Source: Setoptus koraiensis (taxonomy: Eukaryota; Animalia; Arthropoda). Taken from it: a stretch of DNA of 64,000 nt. The DNA lies in contig CM106585.1 of NCBI GenBank assembly GCA_048013815.1, forward strand, positions 18,042,001 to 18,106,000. The letters run 5' to 3'. The notes beneath the pieces are model-generated. The model was not told the DNA's origin. It did no database searches and was given only the letters and a program-made list of their open reading frames with translations. The position numbers were made by a program, and so were the translations under genes. Below, one piece after another: positions 1-10,500 of the stretch (position 1 is the first letter of the stretch; the number at the start of each line of letters is the position of its first letter).

Positions 1-401
1 TGTCCGCAGATTTTGGTATCTATCGCGATTAGTGAACTACCTATCAACTCGTTTAGATCCACCGATTTCTTCCCATCTTTTTTATCACTCTTCGCCATTG
101 CCGGCATCGAAAAGTACTTTACTGTTGTTGAAAGTTGACACAGATGCTTCTGCTTCTCAGAATCCGAGTTGAAATGTTCTAAATAGAATTTTTTTTCGGG
201 TGGCCTTACTCCAAGTGTTACCGGGTTCTGCTCGCTGGTGATATCCCTCGCTCTGCTAGAAAAAGTGCATGCAATTCCTGTCGATGCATCTAACAAATTC
301 AATCTAGGCCATAAAAGCATGAGCCATAATTTCCATCGCTCAGCAACATTTTCAACCTCCGATTGCAGTGACAAGCAAGATATCATTTGTGGTTCTGTAG
401 A
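1..401 (-). pseudogene. Fragment of a probable paralog of the 496-aa orphan protein; open to the window edge, upstream part disrupted
   Basis: Hand translation of the minus strand gives a stop-free frame from 401 to 1 (ATG at 386): MISCLSLQSEVENVAERWKLWLMLLW...KHLCQLSTTVKYFSMPAMAKSDKKDGKKSVDLNEL...KICG. It shares the ungapped pattern C-x-L-x7-SM-x-A-x-A-[RK]-x10-DL-x2-L with the neighbouring ORF. The same frame has several stops between about 615 and 402. Could also be an intact exon. Confidence 0.45.
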
Positions 402-825
402 TCACATTTATGGCTCACACTTTTAGTCAGATGGAATTTCAGTTGGTGATTATGTTGTTGGTTTTCACCTATTGCTATTGTTGTACTATTTTACAAGTCG
501 AGACATGGTCGCGACATTGAGAAATTCACGCAACTGTCTGCGATTTAGGCTTAATCTCTGTCTATGTTTACTGTCGAATGTCAAACCTATGGAACAAGCA
601 ACGCAATTATCTCATTTGCGGCAATTTAGACCATCCGATGGAACGTGGGCGAGTAGCGGGGGAAAGGCAGCCGAATATGAAATGATTACACCGAGGATTA
701 TGCATTTTATTATTAGAATTGTGCTTTCTGATAACTCTCTATATTCGTGACCCATCTCACCAAACTCGAATACACCAAGTCCGGATTAATAGACTCCGAC
801 CGTCATTGCTATCGGAGTTTCGATT

Positions 826-2316
826 TTACAAACGGTTTCTTTTTGCTTGGGCCCAAAACGATAGTCCCAATGCACCTATCATGATTAAAATCAGACTGCT
901 TATACCTATAGCCATAGCTATTCCGAATGCAGAGCCAAATGAGCCGCCCAAATACGAATGATGCACTGCTCCATGGACCCCATGATGGTTTATTATAAGC
1001 GCATGATTTACGGCATGGCCAAATCCGTGACCGGCAGAACTTGTTCCTCCGAATTGGACGTCACTCTCAGCATATGCCAAATCGTCTAGCATTGATTGTT
1101 TGAATGAGTCGTCCAAAATAGATAACTTGATGTACTTCGAGACCAGCCGTTCAGCACCGCTCAATCGTTTCGAAAGCCATCCTCTCAGACCTTGCGAATA
1201 GGTGTAACATTTGAGATCGGCATCAAATATCTGAAAGTTATCTACCACATCTACAAATCTGTGCACTTTTATATCTTCGGTATCATGTTTTTTGGTTAAA
1301 TCAACAGCTATATAATCGTCGTCTGGTTCTTCTTTGTTCAGCTTAAGCGAACTCTCTTGTTCCAAATCGAGCGTCGCCTCAACAATGAGAGCACCCTGGC
1401 AGTACTGTACTGCCTGTATCCAGTTTTGGACTCGTTCGTCTTTATTCAAGTCTGCGTCCAGCGTGTCTAAATCATTTCGTGCCATATATCCCCTCCAAGC
1501 GAGTCGTGCAATTGCATACATGGAACTCTGAGCATGCTCATCTATCAATTTACAAGCACTCTTCGTTTGGGTGACCTCATCCAAAGCTTCGTTAGAATTG
1601 ATTGTCATAAATAGTATAAATTCTGCTTCTGATGATGGTTTTAACGAGTCCAGTAGCACAACATTTTCTATTCTGGTGAAAACATTGGGAGTGTATTTCC
1701 TAAGAAAATTGAACAATTTACGCATAACACCAGACAGATTCTTTGCTTTGGCCACATCGAGAGGCTGATTGGTTTCCGTTGACAATCTGACAATTCTTTT
1801 TACAGCTTCCACCAATTCGACATTATTCTCTGCCAATTGTAGTTTTCGCGCCAACGATTTCTTGCACGTCAACACAACTTGCCCAGTAAGCAATCTAAAG
1901 AATTTCAAGAATCTGTGTCTTCGTTTTCTATTTACATATTTGCCGCGGCTTGCGTTATCTTTCAACTGCTTTTCAAATTGCAACAATTGCTCAATGTAAT
2001 GCGGTTCGCAAACAGAATGAATCTCCGTCGCTTGACGAATAATTTTTCGAAACTCCTTAATGTCTTTCTGCCCATGAACACTACGAAGACAAGTATTTAT
2101 CAATGTATTCTGTTCGTCTGTTGTAGCTGCGTTATCCTCTGGCAACAGTCTATCTAGCAGCTCTAGATACCCGTCTACAGAAGTCACTTTCTTGGTCAGT
2201 TTTACACATTGTTCTTTAGCCAGAGGAATCCAACTCTCACCACGAATGACGTCGATGAGTAAAAATTGGCCAACCAGCGCCAGTGAAGTAGTGAGAAAAG
2301 TTTTTGTATAAAGCAT
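826..2316 (-). CDS. Intronless 496-aa orphan protein; predicted signal peptide, His/Gly-rich juxtamembrane segment and C-terminal TM helix
   Basis: Long ORF in AT-rich, repeat-free sequence. Hydrophobic N-terminus (MLYTKTFLTTSLALVGQFLLIDVIRG), C-terminal hydrophobic stretch (FGIAMAIGISSLILIMIGALGLSFW) followed by the basic tail KRNRL. No family motif recognised. Confidence 0.8.
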   Translation of the reverse strand: MLYTKTFLTTSLALVGQFLLIDVIRGESWIPLAKEQCVKLTKKVTSVDGYLELLDRLLPEDNAATTDEQNTLINTCLRSVHGQKDIKEFRKIIRQATEIHSVCEPHYIEQLLQFEKQLKDNASRGKYVNRKRRHRFLKFFRLLTGQVVLTCKKSLARKLQLAENNVELVEAVKRIVRLSTETNQPLDVAKAKNLSGVMRKLFNFLRKYTPNVFTRIENVVLLDSLKPSSEAEFILFMTINSNEALDEVTQTKSACKLIDEHAQSSMYAIARLAWRGYMARNDLDTLDADLNKDERVQNWIQAVQYCQGALIVEATLDLEQESSLKLNKEEPDDDYIAVDLTKKHDTEDIKVHRFVDVVDNFQIFDADLKCYTYSQGLRGWLSKRLSGAERLVSKYIKLSILDDSFKQSMLDDLAYAESDVQFGGTSSAGHGFGHAVNHALIINHHGVHGAVHHSYLGGSFGSAFGIAMAIGISSLILIMIGALGLSFWAQAKRNRL

Positions 2317-2825
2317 ATTTTTCTATCTTATCTTTTCCGGATATATTCAAAGAACGTTCTTCGGGCACCGAGAAGGAGACACACGATGTTGCACTATCGA
2401 TTCCCGACTCGAGCTACTGGAAGGTTTTTCAATAATTTGTATCTCAGTTCTGCAGACTCTTCTTGCGCTCATCATGAATATATAATTTCTATTTTTAGAG
2501 TCATACTATAAATAATGACCCACACGACAGACTATAGAAAGAGACATCCGTCAGACAGCCGTAGAAAGAGACATGAAATAACGGGTGAGTCAGAGGTTAG
2601 TGCCAGAATAAGTTGAGAGAAATTTTAGTATTGCCGTCATATGTCGAAAGAGCATACAATATAAAGAACAAAATCTCGAAGCGATATAACCAATTAACAT
2701 TATTTGTGCAACTCTTTATTCAAAAGAGAAGTCTCTGATATCATTTTGAGCTTATCTGGAACTCCATCCATATCTCGGATTATGCAATCAATATCTATCT
2801 TTTTCATCGTCTATCACTGGTTGTA

Positions 2826-3760
2826 CAGGGGGTCCCAACTTAAACTCTGCCACTTTTTTTTTGAATATTTCTAAAAAACGGTCGGTCAGGTGGCGCTAGA
2901 ATTTTGGAGGCGTGAAGAGGCCCCCAAAGGTAAATTATGAACGAAAGAAAATTTTAAAAAAAGACACAAGAAAAAAAAGGGACACAAAAGTTTGTTTTTT
3001 AGTGGATATTTATTTTGATATTTATTTGACAAATTCTGTTTTCAATGGATAATGTTTTCAAAATGCTCACCGTTGACATAAGTAAGCATTCTGATTCTTT
3101 TTACAAAGCTTTCTATTGTTTTTGCTAACATTTCTTGAGGAATTTCTTTTATAACGGTTACTATTGCTGCTTCCAATTCCCCAAGTGTCTTTGGCTCCTC
3201 TCGATAAACTTTGTCTTTGACGTATCCCCACATGAAAAAGTCCAATGGGGAGGGGTCCGAGCTATACGGCGGCCATGGCAAGCCCTCTTCAAACATTTCG
3301 GAGTAACCTCTTGCGATGATTTATCCTTGGAATTTTTCTTGAAGGTAAGTTAAACATTCTTTGTTGTGTGTGGTGGAGCTCCGTCCTGTTGGAAATAATG
3401 AGTATTCGTCCAACCGTTTTCTTCGGCGATTGGTATCAATGATGCTTGCATGATTTTATCCAGGTAAACATCCTGATTGATTGAACTTCGGAGTGTTCTT
3501 GCGATTAGGTCCCAGCGCCGATCATCATGAAAATTGATGCACGGGCCCCGCAGGGGTCTCATATTATGAATTGAGTAGTCCGGAAGTGCGGGAACTTCCG
3601 GTTTCGCAGATGCAATACTGGTATAATCAGTATAACTTGTATTACTATCTATCGGTGAGTCTTGAGCTCGTGTTGATCGGAGATGAACATTCCTACTATC
3701 GAAAATTTCGACTCGAAATAGCTGAAGAGAGCCCAATACGATTGAGAGGCCACTTCGAAG
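2826..3760 (-). mobile_element. Degraded IS630-Tc1-mariner transposon (DD41D/rosa-like), 3' part with one terminal repeat end
   Basis: FQQDGAPPH (second Asp, about 3383-3385) and WPPYSSDPSPLDFFMWGYVKDKVY...NGEHFE (3042-3296) are typical DDE transposase motifs. They are separated by a frameshift near 3350 and a TAA at 3321-3323. TA|CAGGGGGTCC at 2824-2835 looks like a TA target site plus TIR start. A possible decayed first-Asp motif, ALFSYFESKF, lies near 3710-3740. The 5' boundary is uncertain. Confidence 0.85.
3580..3601. promoter_or_regulatory. Inverted pair of ETS consensus sites
   Basis: CCGGAAGT-gcggga-ACTTCCGG: a perfect 8-bp inverted repeat whose arms equal the ETS consensus. Confidence 0.3.
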
Positions 3761-4617
3761 AGCATAAACAAACCATTCATAGACACAATCATTGCGAAGC
3801 ACACACACAGAGGGCGCCTCGCCCAGCTATTTGAACTGTTCGACACGGTTGAGGTGAGGCACATCTCGATGTCTTGCCATTAGCTTGCCAGAGCGGTCAG
3901 AGTGGCCAGAGTGGCCAGATAGAAAGCGGGTCGTTGCGCAGTGTGCGTGTCCGGAGAGCCGGTTGCCGGACAGAGCTGGAGCGGCCAGAAATATACAACT
4001 ATTGGGACAATGTTACCTTTATGCGATTGTTTATTTGTCCGTGCTGGCAACGGCGGGCCAAAACAGGCAACGCCTATGCTAAACACGGTGGCTCTCATAG
4101 TGGTCACGACAATGGCCGAAATCATCACTGTGATGCCAAATATAATCATGACGCGCCGTGTAGGGGGCGCAAATATTTATCATTGGCCCCATTCTGTGCA
4201 ACTGGCCGATTGCGGTTTATACGCGCCTCATACGCGCCTCATGCGCGCTTTATTCACGCGGATTTGTACGCGGATAGATGTGTCGAGACGCGGATCAACG
4301 ACGAGAAGCGGCCCCGTCGTCATAACGGGATGTTGCATAACGGCGCTCACATAACGGTTCGTAAACTGGCCTCACTGTTTGCCGGCAAACGAGTGGGCAG
4401 AGCGTGGGCAAGGTCAAGTTGCCAGTGGCGCGTCCAGCGATCGTGGGGCCAGATTAGAGAGAGAGAGAGAGATAGTTGCGAAAAAACTAAGCGAAAAACT
4501 TTGTTTTGTGTTTGTGCCGCTTGTGACGAGCGACCTAATTTATATGCAGGTGCATTGGTTTATACAGGTGAACGCCCAACTGGCAAGTAAACTCTTTCGT
4601 TGCCAGTACGAAATTCC

Positions 4618-4671
4618 GTTACGTAACTAGGGGCAATTGCGGTGCACTATTACGCAATAGTGTTACGTAAT
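4618..4671. promoter_or_regulatory. Cluster of three bZIP sites
   Basis: GTTACGTAAC (4618-4627), ATTACGCAAT (4649-4658, C/EBP-like) and GTTACGTAAT (4662-4671) within 54 bp. Confidence 0.45.
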
Positions 4672-7600
4672 ATCAGTACGTGGCATACGTGGCCAGTACG
4701 TGTATCAACTGCTATACGACTGCTGTAATTCACTGGTCGGCGTGCAGTTGACAGAGTTGCACAGTGCGCTGACAGTGCACACGCAGCCCTTACAATGTCA
4801 CGCTGGGGCCCCTTTTATTTTATTTATTTATATAACAGTTAATGTATTATATAAAATATTATATAATGTTATTATGTATATTTACTTGTTGTGCCCAGAT
4901 ATTTGCGATATTTGACCATTTGCTGCCGCTAATTTGAGCTGGCCGGCGGCCACATTTTAGCATCACTCTGCTGACGTTACTCGTGGCATTGGGGCCGAAA
5001 CGGTGACGGCCAAACCTCTCAGTAATGTCAGCGGGCCCAGCTTGGCATGCACATCAATTAGCCAGCAAACAGCCCGCACACAAACAAACAAGTCCGGCTG
5101 AATGAGTCGAGCAGTGTTGCATCATCAGCATCATCTACATGCACCGGCAGGCGGCCGCCAGAGGGGCCCCACTGACCGGTGGTTGTGCGTAGCTCGGTGT
5201 GGCTCACAAAATGTCAGTCGGTCACAACCACAGCAGCAAACAATTGGCGCACCGACTGTAGTGACAAACGCACTGTACCCACTAATAGACAGTCCGCTAG
5301 AGGCCGACAGGTGACCGCTGCCGCTGCTGCTGCTGCGATTTATTTACGGATATTTCGCCCGCCATCGAGCCGTCCCGTTGCGCAGCTTGCCTCTATACAA
5401 ACTCGTATATACGCAAATTCGTCTACACAAACTCGCCTACACAAATTCGTCTATACAAACTCGTCTATGCGAATTTTTGTATGTTTATATGCGCGCATAT
5501 GTATATATGAGCGCGCCACTGGCGCCAGCCAAGCGCCGCCGGGGCCCCTCGTAATTGATGGGTGACAATGAGCACCGGTGGCCACACTGACACACTGTTT
5601 AGCTATCATGTAATGCTGATATCCGCTCACATTCGCGCATATTAGCGTTTATTAGTGTGCTGACAGCGTCTTGTCAGGCGCACACTTATCATTATTATGT
5701 GTATTATCGTCATTATCGTCATTATTTTATTGTTTGTGTGTGCGTGTGTGTGTGTGTTTGTGGGGGGGGGGGCCTGTCGCACTTTATCTCACTTATTATG
5801 TGTGCGCGTTACGTAATTAGGCCTGACCTTTGAGCGGGGCGAGCGCTATTTTGATTGCGTAGGCCCGGCCATGAGGGCACCGATCTGAACCTCACAAGTT
5901 GTGCCTCGTCAGTCTGAACCGCATCAGGCCGACGCTGTTCACAGAGCGAGCCTCAACAGTGATTAAGACGGCAGCCGAGCGGCGGCCATTGGTGAGTTAT
6001 GAGTGCTCGTCTCGTCGCGCACTGACATATCTGATATATAATTCAAATTAGCATGCTCGCCATTTGTGTCACGACACAGAGACGTTCATTACTAAATGCT
6101 GATTATCGCTATCTGGCGGCTCGTCTGCGCAGCACTGGCGAGCTTGTCAGCATAACACAAAACGACGAAATAAAGTAGAGAGAGAGAGATAAAATAGAGA
6201 GCGTGAACAAGATAGATAACAATAAAGAGCAGCCATTAACTGGCACCCATTACATGGGGGCTGGCGGCGATAAAAAACAGCGACGCACAGCAAAAACAAC
6301 AAAGCAAATGTCACTAATCCATTAATGCCATCTCTGTCGCTCGCTGCGCTCAACTGATGACGACTCAACTGATGACGACTCAAATGATGACTCTCATCAA
6401 TCCGAGATTCTTCTATCTGTCAGATCTGGCCGAGCTGCCAACACTAACAACGGCAACCGCGACCACGACGACAACAGCAACAACGACAGCAACAACGTCA
6501 ACACAATATAGCGACGAGCAGCATTCTTTCTTCTTCTTTTTTGCCCCATCATCATCTTGTTCGCTCGCTCGGTTTGCTTCTTTCCACTGCGCTGTCGGTA
6601 CCTCGGCTGGCTCCCATTTCCTTGTCACTCTATTATTTTGCATTCGTATTTGTGCCGACTGCGTCGCTGTGTTGCGCCAACTCTGACGGATAAAATAATG
6701 TCTAATTGTTTTTCGGCTGCTACTTAATTCGCAGCCTCTCTGTCTTGTCTATCCGTTGAATCTGCTCTCTGCAATCTACGTGCTTGTGCTTGCAAACACA
6801 CACACACACCCGCGAAACGCTCTTTGCTATGACAACTAAAATCTATTATTCAACTTTATGCAAATTAGGCCCGCTACATCCTTTATTGCCTCGTCGCGAC
6901 CGCTCGTCGCGCCAGCAAACTTCAACTTGTCTCTGTATCTGTTTGTTTGGTTAAATCCGATTCTCGCTCGAACTGAACGCCATCCAATCCGCGCAAACTA
7001 ATCTAGCCAACAAGCTCGCCGACGACAAGCTCGCCAACGACAAGCTCACCGACAGCGCCAAAACAATAACTCGCTCTCATAACATGACTCTCACAATTTA
7101 ACTGAATGACTTTTTGTGGGGCCGACAAGGCTCGCTCATTAACTCCACACAATATACGCGAATCATGTATGCCGTACAACATAATATGTTGAATATATCA
7201 CACACTGATACAACTCGCAAACGCCCACGACTTTCTTGACGACCCCTAGCGCCCAGCGAGGCTCCAGCGAAAACCCTAAAACACTTGTTGATTTCCGTGG
7301 TTACATTTGCCCTAACACGAGGGCGCCACTTGCCGTTAAAATAACGCTTCTTCACTTTTCTTTCGCTCTATTCGTTTGCTATTTTTAACCCCCAAGGTTG
7401 CATTATTCATTTCGCGTGGCTCGTGTCAAAGACGCATAGCTACTGTCCGTTGCGTAATTAGTAATTTTACTAAAATTATCAACTACATTTGTTCACACAA
7501 CTATGCCTTGTAGCCCGTGTGTGATTAATATTTTTAGCCGACAGCATTTATCCTATGCATGATCAAATCGAGTTGATTAGAGAGAGCTCCAGTGAGTTCA

Positions 7601-7929
7601 TTTGTCACGTACCTGGCCAAACATTAGCCGGTCGGTCGGTCGGTCGGCCGGCCGGCCGGATTTCAGCCAGTTGGCTAAATTTAAAATCGTGTTTCGGGTG
7701 GCACAATTAGTGGGGCTCGTCTGTGCGCTTCATCTCTAATAATTTTCGTTAACAACGAAGCTCATCTCACAACTTGGCTGGCTCATAACACGAGCCGAGC
7801 GTTCGTTGCACCCATTGCACCCAACTTGTCATTCGGCACGAGTCCATCGGGGGCCACAATAATTGCGACTAAAGCGACCGCAATTTTCCTCAATTGTTAC
7901 TCAAGTGTCTTTAGCACTGGGCACATTTC

Positions 7930-8600
7930 TAGAAAACATGACTTTTATCTGGGCAATAATGACCTGTATGTAAGTGCATGCGCCCATTGAATGCGCCCAT
8001 TGAATGCGCTCGATCCGTCAGTAGACTTGTTCGAACCTCGAAGAACAGTCTTTCGTGAATTTGTTTAGCGAAAGAATAGACACCGAAAGTTCAGAGCATT
8101 TCACAGACGTCACCATAATGAAGCCATGGGGTCTGCCGATCGAGATCGGAATATTCGATTGATAGGTGCGAATGACATTAGACAAATGAGGTGAGCAAAG
8201 GTCGCGCGGGTTCCGGCGGCGCTGTGCATCACAAAAAACATCGGATTGTTGGCCTCAACATACTCGAAATATCCCCAGTTGGAATGTCATAAAAAAGCTG
8301 CAAGTGGTGGCTAGTTGACAGTCTCGCCACTGGTTGATTGGCAAACCAGTGTGTGCCCCCGAAAACTGAAGCCTAAAGAGATTTCATTCAGAAGGCCGCG
8401 ACATTGCTGCTGAGCAAACAACGAATCACTTCGACGAAGCGATTGAGGTGACATTTATAACAGTACATTTGTTGGCATTTGTGCCGAGCCAATTTTAGCC
8501 AAGTCGAAGGTTCACGCAAGTTGGCCGAACACGCCAAAATTAGAGCGCATACGTGGGTGCAGTTGACGATATTTCGCCATCTTCAACTCACAATGTCAGT
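7930..8600 (+). mobile_element. piggyBac-family transposase relic (C-terminal catalytic region, pseudogenised)
   Basis: 8114-8194 translates HNEAMGSADRDRNIRLIGANDIRQMR*, resembling the piggyBac motif YNxxMGGVDxxDxNI...IRxKKW, with TGA where Trp is expected. It is followed by LCITKNIGLL and LECHKK, like the downstream LxxxNAWxL and LEFR motifs. Multiple stops; boundaries approximate. Confidence 0.5.
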
Positions 8601-8749
8601 TGAATCAACTGGGCAGAAAATTTTTTTCGCGCGCAAAACATAATAACGATTGGCCCAATGAGCTGGCTCACCGAAAAAGAACAGAGAAATATTTTCGCAG
8701 AGAGAATTTGTCTTTCGGTGCCCTATTGCAGCGCCATAGGTCAGTGTGC

Positions 8750-8870
8750 TTTTTCGGCTCTTTTGGCTTTTTCGGCTCTTCTGGTTTTTTCGGCTTTTTC
8801 GGCATTTTTTCGGCGTTTTTTCGGCGTTTTTTCGGCGTTTTCGGCATTTTTCGGCCCTCTTCGGCTCCCG
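8750..8870. repeat. Degenerate (TTTTTCGGC)-type tandem repeat
   Basis: Repeated ttttcggc(t/g/a) units; this repeat produces the Lys-rich ORF at 8668-9039. Confidence 0.85.
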
Positions 8871-10400
8871 AAATGTTCGCGCCGCGGCGAGTAGAGGCCC
8901 ACTCAGGTGGCCGGGTGGAAGTGGCGGCTGTAGCTCGTTTTCGAGGTGGAGCCCGGAATGGGGCTGGTATTTCTGCGCTAAGAATTGATCGAGTGAAAAT
9001 TCCGTGGGCCACTCCAGGTGGACAGAAGCGCGCTCTCACGGCGACATTTAACGGCTGGTGGACGAAAAACGGCCAGCTCGGCCTGCGTAATTACCGATGA
9101 GAAAACAAAATGTCGATGTGCAAACGATAATCATTAGTTATTTTGTCACCAAACAACAACAATCGGCCATGTTATTACAGTTATGTAGCGAGTGGCCAGC
9201 ATTAGCCAGTTGCCAACTGCAAACGGAAACTGTCTATTCTCTAGTGTGTGTGTGTAAGCTGAGCTGGCCGGCGAGCGCAGGTGAGGTGAGCGAAGCCAGT
9301 TAGCACAGTTTGCACAGTTTGCACTGGTTACGTCATGGCCGGTGCGAGAGAGCGAGCGAGGCGTTACGTAATGTTGTTGTTGTCGAGCTGATGGCACAAT
9401 GGCAACGGGATAGCCGGGCCATTGTGGTCGTTGTTGCAGTCGCTAGTGAGCAGTCATTGCCGAGAGTAATGAGAGTAGAGGTACACAAGTTACATGACAG
9501 GGTGACACTGCAACAATTAGGTCACACACACACAATTCTGCAATTGTGTATATTTGTGTGCCACTCGCCATTACGTTTGGCGAGGAGCTTGCCATTTCAT
9601 CTCGTTTCATTTTGTTCGTGAGGAGCGAGCCATTTTGCGAGGGCGCGTTCTTTTCTGGCGTGTTTGTTCTCGTCGGCGTTGTGGCTGGTCGGCGTTGTCG
9701 TTCGCGTGGACGTTTCAGTCAGGAAAGTTTGCCCGCTGCACTCGTCGCTCACATCAGCACCGAGCTCGCACCAGATGGCGCCGCTGGGCCCGTTACAACG
9801 GCCAACATCTCATTAGCAGGCTCGCCAGCTAGCGATCGGCCAGCGACTAGATAATGTTGGCTTGCCAGCGCCAGATTTGCCAGCTAGCTCGCCAGTGAGC
9901 TTGCCAGCGAGCAAAATAATTTAACGGTGAGCAACATACATAAATATGCGCACACACGCGCACAAACAGACGCGCCTTGGCAAGCTCGCTGGGGGCGAGC
10001 TTTGGCTGGCAAGCGAGCTGGCGAGCTTTGGATGGCAAGCGAGCTGGCGAGCTGGCTGGCGCTCTCATATTTGTGTCGTATCCACTGGCAACTGACGACG
10101 GGCAGCGGGCGGCGGGCAGCGCACCATTAAAACAGCGGCAGTGGATAGACTGCAGTAGATTATTGTTGCTGGATCGGGCGCTTGTGCGACACTGGCGAGC
10201 CGCCGGTTTCGGGCGGCGGGCGGCGGTGCAGTTGCATTGATTAGCGGCGTCGACACACAACATTAAGTAGCGACTAGCGCCAACTACTACGCCTGTCGCG
10301 ATTAGCAGCACTTACGAGATCAGCCAAAAGCGACAATGGAGACGCGCCAGCTCCCGCCGAATGTTTGTGTGCCCTTGGCGGTGGCGCTGCAGTCGTCGCA

Positions 10401-10500
10401 GTCGCTATGTCCGCCGCATTCGCCAGAGTCGCTATGTCCGCCGCAGTCGCCAAAGTCGCTATGTCCGCCGCAGTCGCCAAAGTCGCGAACGTCGCTATGG
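10401..10500. repeat. 27-bp minisatellite, about 3.5 copies
   Basis: Unit gtcgctatgtccgccgcagtcgccaaa (first copies slightly variant) at 10401, 10428 and 10455, partial at 10482. Confidence 0.9.

Noticed and set aside
8668-9039. Lys/Pro-rich ORF resembling a histone H1 tail
   Set aside because: Produced by the ttttcggc tandem repeat; no globular domain or other coding signal.
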